Below, in pieces: positions 39,080 through 52,282 of a stretch of DNA of 64,000 nucleotides. Origin of the DNA: Eledone cirrhosa (lineage: Eukaryota); assembly GCA_964016885.1 (NCBI GenBank), contig OZ024742.1, forward strand, positions 97,154,001-97,218,000, given 5' to 3'. The notes beneath the pieces are model-generated. The model had not been told where the DNA came from and did no database searches. It worked only from the letters and a program-made list of their open reading frames with translations. Position 1 is the stretch's first letter; every line of letters begins with the position of its first letter. Both the position numbers and the translations under genes were made by a program.

Positions 39080-42000
39080 ATGTCGAATAACGGTGAAGTG
39101 GAGACTGGAATGTCATGTGACAGACTCTCACCCAGCAGGTGCTCCCTGGCCCAGCAGCAGGGACCTGGCTGTCATCCTAATACTGCTGGTGTTGGAGGAA
39201 GAAGAAGAAGGAAAGGGACCAGAACCAACTGGACGAAAGAATTGAATAGAAATGTTATGCAATGTTACCTGAAGAGTAACCCCAAGGGGTAAGGCTATAG
39301 GAAACGGATGCATAGCATCTGGAACGAGATTGGTCTATTTAAATTAGATGAACAAAAATTGGCCTGGCAGGCTCGGGTAATAAGAACTAATGGGTGGATA
39401 AGCGCGCTGGAACTGGAGGAACTCAGCAGAGAGATTAGATTGGAAATGGAGAGTGGAGTATGCCAGGCAAACGAGCCAGTGGGAGATGAAGGTGAAGAGG
39501 TTGAGAGAACGGAGGAAGCATCCGAAGCAGACAATGATCTGAATGCTGAAATAAATAATTGTTTCTACTTTAGGCACACGGCCAGCAATTACCCAGTGCA
39601 TTACTGGTACTTTATTTTATCGACCTCGTAAGGATGAAAGGCTAAGTCAACCTCGGCGGGATTTGAACTCAGATCGTAGAGGGACGTAACTATGCTGGAA
39701 AGCATGGTGTCCGACTCTCTACCGATACTGCCAATCTACCGCCCTTGAATGCTGAAATAAATAATACCCGGAACAAAGATACGGCTATTGAGGAAATGAA
39801 TGCTGACGGGCTAGGACAAGATTTGGTTGATATCCTAAACTTAGTGGTAGATGAAATGAACAATGATAGTGGGAAACCTATGAACCTAAGATTTGTAGAC
39901 AGGAAAAAGTTAACAGAAACAACAGCTAAGGTAAACAAAGTCATCCCATACCTTGAGGCGAGGAACCTTCACCAGTGCAACAATATCCTCAAAGCAACAG
40001 CAAATGCGGTGAGGAAATTACTTGGCATAAAAGCGAGAGGAAACAACAAACAAGAAAGATCAGAACCTTGGTGGAAGAAACGACTGAATGGTCAAATCAG
40101 GGAAATGAGAAATGACATTGGAAGGCTTGAGTCCCTACTGAATGGGACACTACAAAACATAGACACTAAAAATAGACTGGAAATAAAGTACAAAACTAGG
40201 AGGAAAAAGCTAAATATTATCATAGAGGAACTGAAGCAACACATTGTAGCAATGAGCGCAAAGATTAGGCGATACGAGAGCAGAGTCAGTCAGTATAGAC
40301 GCATGTTTGACAACAACCAGAAGATGTTGTTTGGACAGCTTGAAGGGAAAGAAAGAGGCAACGACTTGATCCCTGAGGCGGAACAAACTAAGACATTCTG
40401 GAGAGGAATATGGGAGCAGGATGTTGAACATAATGATCAGGCAGTGTGGATTGAGACAGTACAAAAGGAGATTAGTGAACAGGCACACCAACAAGCTGAT
40501 TTGAGTATCACAGTTGAAACTCTTAAGGGGCAGGCCAGAAAACTAACCAACTGGAAATCACCAGGCCCAGATGGTGTGCAGGGGAATTGGATTAAAAATA
40601 TAACATCCCTCCACCAGAAACTGACAACCATGTTCAATGACTGCTTGATGTCAGGTGAGGTACCAGAGTAGTTGACAAAAGGTACCACAGTTCTGGTAAT
40701 GAAAGACCGAACCAAGGGTAATGATGTTACCAACTATATACCTATCACATGTCTGTCCGTAATGTGGAAACTGTTAACAATCATTGTCTGAGGAAATCTA
40801 CCATCACCTCCACATAAACAACTTGTTACCGGACGAACAGAAAAGATGCCGAAAGAAGTCCCGTGATACAATGGACCAGTTGTTTATTGATAAGATGGTA
40901 ATGAGGAATTGCAGGAGGAGACACACTGGTCTTGCCATGGGATGGATAGACTACAAAAAGGCATTCGATATGGTACCTCATTCTTGGATAACCATAAGCC
41001 TAGAGATCTTCAGGGTGGCAGATAACATCAGTCAGTTGTTGAGCAAAAGTATGAAGTCCTGGAAAACAGAGTTAACATCGGGCGGAGAATCCTTGGGAGG
41101 CGTGAGGATCAAGAGAGGTATCTTCCAGGGAGATAGTTTGTCCCCTCTGTTGTTTGCCCTTGCTCTGATCTCCCTGACCATTATACTGCGAAAAGTGAGA
41201 GCAAGATACAAGTTGGGAAAGGGAGAGCTTACCATCAATCACCTCCTCTTCATGGACGATCTTAAGCTCTTCGGGAAGAGTGAGAAAGAGATGGATGTGC
41301 TTGTTGACATTGTCCGTATTTTCAGCAATTATATATGTATTGAATTTGGTATTAGTAAGTGTGGAGTCCTTGTGATGAAGAGGGGTAAATTGAGCAGAAG
41401 CAACGGCATCCAGGTACCAACAGGTGAGATGATAAATGAAATTGATACTGAAGAAGGATATTTAGGTGTTCTGGAGACAGATGACATCAAGAACGAAAAA
41501 AGGAAGGAGTTGATAAGATCTGAATACATTCGGAGAGTAAGGGGCGTATTAAAATTACATCTGAACAGTAGGAATGCCATAAGTGCAGTAAATTCCCGAG
41601 CTGTGTCTATTATTAGCTACAGTGCGGGAATTATGAGATGGAATGTTGCTGAAAAAAAAGAAATGGATAGGAAGACTAGGAAGCTATTGACTATCTACAA
41701 CTTGTTCCACAAGAGGAGTGATGGCGATAGACTTTACTTAAAGAGATCTGAATGTGGAAGAAGTCTTATCAGCATAGAGGACTGTGTTCAGATGGAGAAA
41801 AACAACCTACACAAATACGTGACTGATAGTAGGGAGCCAATGCTCAGAATCGTACTGAAGGAGAAGACAATAGACCAGGGGATGTCCAAGGAGGAAATAA
41901 CAGCAAGGAGAAAGAACAGCCTTCATGAAAAATCCCTTCATAGTACCTTCTTTGAGAAAACTGAATTTAGAGATCCACAGACATGGAACTGGTTGAAAAG

Positions 42001-42768
42001 AGGAGACCTTAAAAAGGCTACAGAAGGAATGCTAATGGCTGCGCAAGAGCAGGCTCTCAAAACGAAGTGGCTGAAACACCATATTTACAAGGAGGAGGCT
42101 AGCCCACTGTGTAGGATCTGTGGAGAGAAAGAGGAGATTGTGGCTCACATTGTATCCGAGTGTAAACACCTAGCCTAGACTCACTATAAAGGCTGGAGAC
42201 ATGATGTGATGGTCAATCTCATCCACTGGTACCTATGCAAAGTAAACAATCTACCACATTCTGAGAAGTGGTATGCACATAAGCCAGAGTCGGTGATAGA
42301 AAACGATCAGGTGAAGGTGCTATGGGATTTTAGGATACAGACGCACAAGAAATTAGAATACAATAGGCTGGATCTGCTGGTTTTGGACAAGGGAAAAAGA
42401 TCGTGCCTGGTTGTGGATGTAGCCTGCCCATTTGACATGAGAGTGCAAGAGAAGGAGAGGGAGAAAATTAACCAATACGAGGATTTAAGTCGGAGGTAAA
42501 AAGGATTTGGAACTGCCATGAGGTCAAAATGGTCCCGATTGTCATAGGCGCACTAGGTACTATCTCAGAGAGTTTCCGAGGATGGTTAAAGACAATTGGT
42601 CCCGCCGCGCTTTTTGGAACACTTCAAAGGGCATGCTTACTGGGAACAGCAAGAACCCTCCGATACGTCCTGAATATCTGAGGCTGCAGGTAGTGGTTTG
42701 ATATTCATTTCAACAAACTTACTAGTTAAATATCATCAATGACTGAGACTCAAAGAACAATAATAATG
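39080..42768 (+). mobile_element. Near full-length R4/Dong-like non-LTR retrotransposon (single ORF: RT, CCHC, RLE), decayed
   Basis: WTKELNRNVMQCY..GYRKRMHSIW; NWKSPGPDG; WIDYKKAFDMVPHSW; GIFQGDSLSPLLF; HLLFMDDLKLF; CRICGEKEEIVAHIVSEC; RHD; RLE; stop at 42679-42681; (AAT)n tail; internal stops and frameshifts. Confidence 0.92.
39556..39744 (-). mobile_element. Full-length SINE inserted in the Dong-like ORF with 20-bp TSD
   Basis: tgaatgctgaaataaataat at 39540-39559 and 39746-39765; peptide NAEINN duplicated on both sides. Confidence 0.92.
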
Positions 42769-45700
42769 ATTTCTTTATTAACCACAAGGGTTTACATAAA
42801 GTAGACATTAAGGACAGTGCAGGACAATACAGTACGGTACAAATGGTCAAAAGCAGAGGATGTAAAAAACAAAAACAGAGGATGTAACAAAAAAATAACA
42901 ATGTAAAATTCCCCAATAGGGGGGAAACTTCGGAGGGATATTTGTGGAGAAAGCCCATTTAAAGGCCACAGTGACCCTGACCACCAAGGCAAGTGCCCTC
43001 TCCCAGTTTTTCCACCTTTAATTTACAGACACGTACTCAGAGTAGGCCCATTCACTCGGGCTATTCTTGCTTCTCTCACACATCTTTCAACAAAATGCTG
43101 GGAAGAGAGCACTTCCCTCTCTACTCTGATTTTCTTTTTCAAATGAAATTTGAAAAAGTCAATTAGGGCATCACCGAAGAGGTAAGTGGTCGTCTTCAGC
43201 CCATTCAAACGTGTCCAACATACTATCTCTTTCGCCATGGCCACCAGACAGATAAAAACTGCCTGCCCTTCCCGGCTAAAGGAAGAGGGTGGAGCAAACC
43301 TCACGATGGACGCAGCTGATAGACGGATCCGTCCTACACACGACAGCAGGTGTTCGACATAAACCCACTAGTCAGCAATTCTCGGACACTGGACGAGTGC
43401 GTGCAGGACGGCTTCGTCGCCCTGCGCGCATCTCGGGCATGCCCGGCTGACGGCACCTCCATGCCTGTAGAGTTTATCCCGAACTGGCAAGGCTCCTCGG
43501 TAGCACTGCCAGGCCAGGGATTTCTGGAAGTTGGCCATAGGCCCCGGCCCGAAAGTTCTACCGAAGAGATTGGCTAGTTGATTTTCGTCGACGCCTAGAG
43601 TTTCCCCATGTACGTCGTCGCTCTTCCCCTCCACTAATCCTTTATAGAACGCCGAGGTAGAGTTTCCACCGATCACATTGTCAGATTGGTCGAGGGCTGT
43701 GAGCGCCTGAAAACATTCCAGTCTCCAAGCGCTCCCTCTCGGTCTTCGCTTGACCCAGGACTGAAGCTCCGTCAAGTAAACGAGCTGGGGAAAGACGTGT
43801 CTAGCAAACGGCGATCACACCTGATCACCATCGAGGAACAGATGGAGATGTCGTAGCCTGAGCGCGTGTCTGCGCATCATCAGCCACGGCATGCCCAGCC
43901 CTCCACGTAGCGGGTGTTGGCAACAGATGGACCGCCTGATCATCGTAGCGCGTCCCTTCCACAAAAAGCGAAAGAGCAAATACTCCAGCGCAGTCAGGCG
44001 GGGCTTAGGACAAGGTACGACGGTCAGGCGGTAGCAGATAACAGACGCGATGTACGGTTAGCCACCTGCGCTCGACCTTTCAGGGATAGCTTCCTCTCCG
44101 CCCATTTCTGGGTGAGAGAAGCCACCCTGTTCGTCACCTCGTCCCAGTTTGTGTACGTCTGGAGGTCCGGACCGAACCAGATCCCTAGCAATTTAACTGG
44201 TCCGTCCGTCCAGCGTCCGACGACGCTGTTGGACGGCATGGACCTTCCTCTCCAGGTGCCGAGCTGCAGGCCGACTGACTTTTCCTGGTTGATCATTGCT
44301 CCTGTCACCGCTTCGCATTCTCTTAGTGTAGTGCCGATCGCCACGATGTGTTTGGCGTTCGACACCACTACGGTGACATCGTCCGCATATTCTGACACGG
44401 ATCTTCCGATTCATAGTTCGCGCGGGACGCCCCTCAACGTCTCCAGTTTGTGCAGTAATGGCTCGAGAGTCAATACGTACAAGAGGGACGAGAGGGGACA
44501 TCCTTGGCGGATCGAGCGCATGATGTTGAACGGTTCCGAAAGGTGACCGTTCAATATCACCACAGTGCAGATGTCGCTGTGCATGGCAGCGATCCAGCCC
44601 CTGAAGACGGGCCCAAAGCCAGTCGCACTCAGGACTGCCGCTAGGTAACGATGGTCGACCCTATCGAAAGCTTTCGACTGATCAAATTGATCAAGGACCC
44701 ACCCGTGCCAGGTTCCCTAGCTACCCTCTCTACCATGTATCGCATGAGGTGGAGGTTGTCGTGGATGGATCTGTCGGGAATGGCGCATGTCTGCGCCTCT
44801 CCCACCAGACCACCAACGACAAGCACCAACCTCTTTGCTAGCACCTTGGCCAAAATCTTGAACTCTGTGTTCAGCAGAGTTATGGACCTGAAATTATCTA
44901 TGTTATACCCCTTGTTCGGATCCTTTCTCAGCAGCGCCACCGCTCTTCGGCTCACAGAGCTGGGAATTCTCCCGTTCTGTTGCCAGTTACAGTAGACGTC
45001 CGCCAAGAGGCCTCCGAACAAGTCTGGCATTTGTACGTAAAGTTCATAGGGCAGACCATCCAAACCAGGCGAGTTAACCCTTGTGCAGCCAGTCATTGCC
45101 TCCCGTACTTCAGCGGCTGTTATCGGCTTTTCGCTACACCCCGCCTCAGTGGTCGAGAGCCGCGGCAGTCCGTCGAGGTAGACACTAAAGTCCATACCTC
45201 GATCCGGCCCGCCGCTGCCCCCGAACAATTGAGCGAAGTGTCGCTGAAAAGCTTCACACATTTTCCCGGGATCGAGTAGCATGCGCCCGTCGTGGTCCAC
45301 CAAAGACCGGTTCGTGACTTGTTGCCACGACACGCCTCCGCCACTCGGGCCCATTGAACGGCGTTCGTCCCCTCGTGTCTGAGAGCACGCACCCTAGCTC
45401 GGACAACGCAGCCTTCGTGCTTTGCATTGAAGAATTGGTCAAGGGCCAATTTCGCCGCAATTACGTCGTTCGCGAGACTTTGCTAAGCGCCTCGTCTAAT
45501 TTTCTAACTAGTTCTCCCTCTTATCTATTTTTCTCTATAGCTAAAGCCTTACTCAACCTAATGGACTCTATTCTAATCGCTCTTTTCAGAGCAAACCACC
45601 ACTTGTTGTTGACGATGGCCCCCGTCAACGCTCGCTTAACTATTTCGCTAATCCAGTCTCTATAGGCCTTGCGCGCTGGTAAGGACGCGTTTAGCTTCCA

Positions 45701-47147
45701 GTAGCCGGGTCCTCGTCTATGAAGCCTATCTAAGTCAAGCACACAGATCACGAATTTGTGGTCCGTGTAGCTGACTATCTTGAATTGTGGACAGCTTGTG
45801 CTAGACCTATCTATTTCCCTACAAAATACTCTATCTAAATATGCGATTTGTCCAAGTCCACATTGGCACATTCGGGAAATCCAATCGGTACCTGTCAGAC
45901 AGTTCAAAACGCCTGAGCAGGTTGGTGAGGCTCTTGCACCCTCCTCCCCTATCCGCTAATACCACACAGTCCCAGCGTGCATCTAAGATCCCGTTCCAGT
46001 CGTCCACTAACACTAAAGAGCGGGACGTTCCTAGAAAGGTCTCCATCGCCGGAAGAAATCAGGCCGCCCTGCTCCTGTCGGGGCATAGACGGCCTCTAGC
46101 CTGAAAGCTTGCCCTTCTCCGCTGGTCACATCCAGCACCACCAACTTACCTTCTGGGTCCAGGAAGATGGCCCGTATGGCGAGATCCAAACCTCTCCGAA
46201 AAAGCACAGCAACTCCTCCCCCCGATCCAGGACGGCTTGGAGATGCGTACACATCGTAGCCGCCGAAGATCGGTGTGAAGGCCCGTGCTTCGGAGATTCT
46301 GTCTCGCTGATGGCCACTACATCTATGTTTAGTGACTTGAGGTCGTTGAGCAGGTGGCCCTGCTTCCATGACGACCCCAAGCCACGCGCATTTATGCTGC
46401 CTATTCTGAGTGAGGTCATGTTGAAATGGAGTGGAAAAGATGGGAAAGACGACTTACCTTACATCTTCTCGCAGAATAAGGATGGTTTCACCATCCCTTT
46501 TCACTTGATCGTCTTGTGAATGGACCGTTGAATCGCCCCTTCGGCTGGTCGTCGGCTCTTCTGTGAGTATATCCGAATATACCCTCCGGTTGAGTGTCCC
46601 TCCTAAGTCTCTGAAATCACCAACTGCGTTGGGGAATTTCGTTTTCATGTTTGTGTATTGTTTCTGTGCTATTTTTACCAGTCTTATGTTCGTTGGTGTT
46701 TTAATTGGTGCTGGCATTATGTAGTCGTGCTGTGAAATGTCTGTGTGTTCAATTATGTAAGTCATTAATTTCTTGTTGTGTGTATTTATTGCTGTGCATT
46801 TGTTTTTCTGGTGGTGGGGTGTGGTTCTGCTATTTTCTTGTCGTTGTTGCTGTGTGTGTGTTTTGTTGTGTTTGCGATGTTGGTGCTTGTGGTGGTGGTG
46901 TTGAAGGTGTTGTTGTTGTTGGCGGTGGGGTTGCCGCCGGTGGTGATGGTGGTGCTAGTGTGGGTAGTGATGGTGTTGGTGGTGTTGCTGCTGTAAGTCT
47001 TTTTGCAGTAGCCTTTACCCTTTTTTCGTTTCTTTCCTCCCTTTTCGAAGGTGACGATGCGCTGCTTCTGCATTTGTGCCTTCTTGCGACCTTTTGCCAT
47101 CCCTCTCCCACCTCACACTCCATGCCCGACACTGGCGAGACCTTCAA
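42769..47147 (-). mobile_element. L1/Tx1-like non-LTR retrotransposon: ORF1 C-terminal part (~47147-46450) and frameshifted ORF2 (46419-43023: APE, RT, CCHC)
   Basis: MTSLRIGSINARGL..DVVAISET, VYAP, DWN, TDHK, GPGYWKLN (APE); SPGLDGLPYELY, FRSITLLNTEFKILAKVLAKRL, EYADDVT (RT); CPRCAQGDEAVLHALVQC; 3' AATAAA. Confidence 0.92.
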
Positions 47148-47750
47148 GATAGTAAAGAATCATCTGTACTCTACCAACATGCTAAAATAGAACATAAGGG
47201 TAAATTAGAGAACATAGAAATAAAAATAGAATCAACACACAGAAAAGACGCAATGTTTAGACAAATCACAGAGGCAATAAAAATAAATTAACTCCAACCA
47301 AAATTAAATAGAAAACATGAATGGAACAGCAACATCACAACTTATAATTAAGGACAAAATGAAAACACACACGCACATAGAACAATCAACCAACCAGTAA
47401 CATGTAAAGAAACAAATAAATCAACAAATATAAACACACACAGACACCCGGATGTAACACATGCGCAAACTAAGCACACAACACACACACAAACAAGATG
47501 GCGTAGGACAGAACAAAGGAGAGGCACAAAAACCAAAGAAAGAATCCCCAGTCACTGAAGAGGTCACAGAATGTGTGACGAAAGAACTTTGACAATATAT
47601 AGACAATCATTTGGTTGTGGAACCAACCAACCAACCGGAAATTTATAAATTCCTAAATTTATAAATTTATTATAATAAATTGAATTGAAAGCAACTGGTG
47701 CGTGTGTTTCTTATTGGAAACATGACCCTCCCAAAGTATAACAATATATA
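47147..47750 (+). mobile_element. PLE 3' end (family B): GIY-YIG C-terminus, 3' UTR and hammerhead motif (47551-47593)
   Basis: SSVLYQHAKIEHKGKLENIEIKIESTHRKDAMFRQITEAIKIN*LQPKLNRKHEWN; gtca-CTGAAGA-g gtcaca gaatg tgtgac-GAAA-G-aa-CTT-tgac; ends in (TA)n. Confidence 0.8.
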
Positions 47751-47759
47751 TATATACTG

Positions 47760-47954
47760 TGTTTATCCTGGGTTCAATCGGGGGTAACCATAGTAAGTAA
47801 GGTATTCAATACATAGCAGAGTACAAATATTGAATATAGAAATGGCTACTACAGGACTATAACTGTTTCATTCGGAGGAAATCATCAGGAAAGACCATGA
47901 TGATTTCCTCCGAATGAAACAGTTCTAGTTCTGTAGAAGCTATTTCTATATTAA

Positions 47955-47957
<3 letters not shown>
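47760..47957. mobile_element. Fold-back PLE-like end (family L) folding at the hammerhead core
   Basis: aactgtttcattcggaggaaatcatca-ggaaagacca-tgatgatttcctccgaatgaaacagtt. Confidence 0.7.
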
Positions 47958-47992
<35 letters not shown>

Positions 47993-48000
47993 ATGTGTGT

Positions 48001-48062
<62 letters not shown>

Positions 48063-48136
48063 CTATCTATCTATCTATTGATATATATATAGGTAGATAG
48101 ATAGATAGAAAGATAGGTAGATAGATAGATAGATAG

Positions 48137-48520
48137 ATTTCTTTATTTGCCACAAGGGCGCACAAGAAAAGGGGACAAAACAAGGACACAAGCCGGGGAT
48201 TTTACATACAATCGTGTAAAAATATGAAACAAACAAATATAACAATCGAAATCCCCAATAGGGGCCACAAATGGGTTGTTTAAAGCCCCGTAGATAGAAC
48301 AACCCTCAACTCCAGGAGCGTGTTGTCCAAGTGCTCCTTTCTTCCTTTTGCTCTCTTCTTCAACCTACAGGTTTATATAGAGAGAAGGCCCAATCACTCG
48401 ATCATTTTTGCCACATTCACCCACCTTCAGTAAATTTACTGGAGTGCAGTGCCTCTCTCTCTCCACTCTGATTCTCCTTTAGAAGTGGTATCTAAAGAAG
48501 GAAATGAGTTGTTGTCCGGA
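48137..48520 (-). mobile_element. Short Tx1-like 3' fragment of a different subfamily, inserted in (GATA)n
   Basis: SGQQLISFFRYHF*RRIRVEREALHSSKFTE is homologous to the ORF2 C-terminus at 43023-43304; ends cttgtggcaaataaagaaatc-tatctatc; GATA repeats on both sides. Confidence 0.75.
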
Positions 48521-49638
48521 GAGATAGATAGAGAGAGAGATATAGATATAGATATAGATATAGATATAAAGATTGAGAAAGAGACTGTCTCTGTGTGTAC
48601 GTATCCACCGACACGACTATATATTTTCTTGTATATTCATCCACTGTGTGAGAGAGAGAGAGGGGGGGGGGGGTGAAGGGGAAGGGAGAAAGTTTTGCAT
48701 TCATTGTGTAATCCTCCACAGGTAATGTACATATGCACCACACCCACCCAATAATGACCACCCTTCCCGTTGTAAAGACAACATTTAACATTGTTGTTGC
48801 TAAAAGCTTTCAATTGAACCGGACAAGTTTTGTGAAATTGGTTTCGAGTAGTTTTTAACGATGAAAAGCGATATATATATATTACACCTACATATAACAC
48901 TCTCATTTCTGTTGACTGCTTAAATACAGTTTGTGTTAAATAAATGTTGATGGTGGATTTTATAGAGAAATGGTAGGTGTGAGCGTACTGTGATGGTATT
49001 ACTGTTGCTGGTGGTCTTAATGGCATTGGTAACTGGTAATTGTAGTGGTGATATTGATGAGATTATTGATGAATGGCGCTGATAGTTTTGGTGGTAATGA
49101 ACTATGTTGTGGTAGTATTAATGGCGTTGATAACTGGTGGTTATAGTAGTGGTGGTGTTGATGAATAAAAATGATAGTGAATGTGGTGGTGGTGTTAGTA
49201 AATCATGGTTATAATGGTGGCAGTATTTGTAGTGAGATATTGGTGAATAGTGGTGAAAGTGTTTGTCATGATGAGTGTTGACGGTGATAGGGCTTGTAGC
49301 ATTGGCGGCGTTGGTAGCTGGTTATTATAGTGGTGATAGCGGAGATGGTGGAGGGTATTAATGAATAGTGGTTATAGTAGCAGTAGCGTTGGTGATAGTA
49401 ACTGTGTTCGATATTACGGAAGTGGTGACAGTATTGGAATATTATTGAGGGATGTGGTATAGTGGCTGACAGTGGAAGGACAATGGCTAGAATGGTTTAT
49501 TGTATTAGTTTCTGGTCTGCTGTAAGTTCCGAGTTCAAATTCCACAGAGATCAATTTGGCCTTTCATCATTTCAAGGTCGATAAATGAAGTACCAGTCCA
49601 GTACTGGTGTAGATTCTTCTACATTTCTCACTTCCACC

Positions 49639-49706
<68 letters not shown>

Positions 49707-50280
49707 TAATTTTTAAGACCTGGAGAGCAAATGAACTCCATCAGGTTCAAATATCCTGACGGTGCCCTAATATTTCATCTGGAGTTATGGGCCAATGATA
49801 ATAATGATAGTGGCTTTATTCAAGCACGTGATGTTTGTAGTGGTGGTTGCTGTGGTGTGGTAGATGGCGAAGATTGTAGCTGTGCTGGTGGGGCTGAGTT
49901 TTAGGCAGCTGGAGGTAGGATTTGCGTTGTTAGTAATAATAATGTTGCTTTTGGTGTTATTTAGCCCCATTTCTAGTCCAATCTAAAATACTGATTATCA
50001 AAGCTATTCCAGTGGCACATATCCATTCATTTTGTATATCTAACACTAACCTGGGATTTGTAGAGATTTAAATAAAATAGTATTTCTAACAGGATGATTG
50101 GCTTCATAATCACATCCACGTTAGACTTGTTGGAGGTCGTTGAAAGATTCAGTGTTGTTAGCTAGTTAGTTGATGTGAGGACCGGATACAAAGGTATATA
50201 TCGTCAAACCCATACCAGGAAGGAAAGCAGATATTACATCGTATTCATGTCGATGTAGTATATATATATATATATATATA

Positions 50281-50925
50281 AGTATGTATGTATACGTACA
50301 TACATATATGTATACAGACGTACAGTAGTATGTATATATATACATACATGCACACATACATATATGCACGTATCGGTTTACCGAACATTTATTATAAAGC
50401 TCGTTTTGTTTGTTTGTAAACAAAAAAACAGCCTGAATTACGCTGTACAGTGTTTAGGCAACCACGTCACCTTTTTGTTCAACAGTGACACAGGAACGAG
50501 GTACTACTTTCAAGCTTATTAGCTATCGTCAGCATCGTATACCTTCCTGCCAGATGGTTGAACGTCTGAAAGTATATACTTTCCTTATGCATAAAAACGG
50601 CTGAGCAGGAAGTTATACGATGCTGAAGATAGCTAATAAGCTTGAAACTAGTACATTGTTCCTGTGTCAGTGTTGAACAAAAAGGTGACGTGGTTGCCTA
50701 AACACTGTACGGCGTAATTCGGGCTGTTTGTTTGTTTATAAACATTATAATAAATGTTTGGTAAACCGATACGTGCATATATATATATATGTGTGCATGT
50801 ATGTATATATATACATACTACTGTACGTCTGTATACATATAGGTATGTACGTATACATACATACATACTTACATTTAAGTAAGTGCCGTACTAAGAGTGA
50901 GAGATGAAATTTCGTTTCATTCTAT
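50281..50925. mobile_element. Inverted pair of the same HHR unit family as the 24945-26130 array
   Basis: Minus arm 50281-50607 (HHR 50496-50538), plus arm 50605-50925 (HHR 50617-50659: acgatg-CTGAAGA-tagctaataagctt-GAAAC-ta-GTA-cattgt); (TA)n both sides. Confidence 0.85.
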
Positions 50926-50929
50926 TCTA

Positions 50930-50975
<46 letters not shown>

Positions 50976-50979
<4 letters not shown>

Positions 50980-51180
50980 TGTATGTATAGTATATTTGAT
51001 AATATATTGTATGTTTATTTTAAAACATTATGAAGACCATTCGCTATGAGTTTTAAAGTAGTGACTATGTCACTACTTTAAAACTCATAGCGAATGGTCT
51101 TCAAAATGCTTTTAAATAAACATACCGTATATTATCAAATATACATATATTCATACGTACATCGCTGTTTCAGAGCACTG
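50976..51180. repeat. Fold-back element end (family M), ~90-bp arms with 3-nt loop
   Basis: gaagaccattcgctatgagttttaaagtagtgac-tat-gtcactactttaaaactcatagcgaatggtcttc; terminus related to 24341-24390. Confidence 0.75.
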
Positions 51181-51463
51181 ATACTAATACAAACATACAT
51201 ATATAAATATATATATATATATATGTATATGGTCATACACACTCACACGCAAATATTTGCACACATATACATATGTTTGAGAGCGAGCGCGCTCTCTGGC
51301 GGGGCTTACCACAGCTAAAACCTCGAATTCGCTTGTTCATCCAATTAATGTTTGCCAGATTTTATTTTGGTTTTTGTTTACATAAAACACATGCAGTGAC
51401 CACCAGTATACATACATACACATATATACAAATATACATATATATATATATTGATGATGATGA

Positions 51464-51522
<59 letters not shown>

Positions 51523-52181
51523 GTGTATTTGTTGGAGAGAGAGGGTGACTGTCCCGTTTGTGCTTAAGGTGTAGTATATCAATAACTACATTAGACAACC
51601 TTGTTTGTTGTTTTATTAGCCATTGAATCTAAGGCTGTACTAAAGTGCTATTTTAACAGGAGGGTGAGATTTAAGGAAGATTTGGGTGCCATTTCTAGTA
51701 GATTGAATGACTACGTAGAGTTCCCTTTGTTGGCTTGACTTATTTCTGCTGTTGTTGCAGAGTAAGTGCAATGCTGAAAAATAAATAACAATGAGAAAAG
51801 ATGGCCGATTGTCTGCTTGTGTTTAAACGCTCTTTCAAAATGGCCAATAAGTTTTCTACATAACGAAACACTCTTTGTGTTTCCGAAATTATGGATAATG
51901 TATCGGTCTGTTTCCAAGTGGCACAGGAGGTCCTAGGGGAGGGAGAACAATTAGAAAAATGCTGGACAACAAACAGTTTTTATGGAAAACACCCATTGTG
52001 CTGCAGCCGATATTCAGTGAAATGTGGAAAATGGTTGAAACGGAGACAAAAACGTATAACTTTATCTTCCTATTGATTTGTCTGTCCATTCAGTCATCTA
52101 AGCTAACTTAGTACATCATCCTTCCATGGAACAATGTGGCTACTCAAGCAAATCTTTGTTCGTATCTGAGTATATATATAC

Positions 52182-52282
<101 letters not shown>

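Noticed and set aside
43914-44546. 210-aa plus-strand ORF and other antisense ORFs in 43350-47190
   Set aside because: Antisense shadows of the GC-rich Tx1-like coding region
48980-49470. GT-rich stretch with possible Gly/Val coding
   Set aside because: Degenerate (GGT/GAT/AGT)n low-complexity DNA with frequent stops
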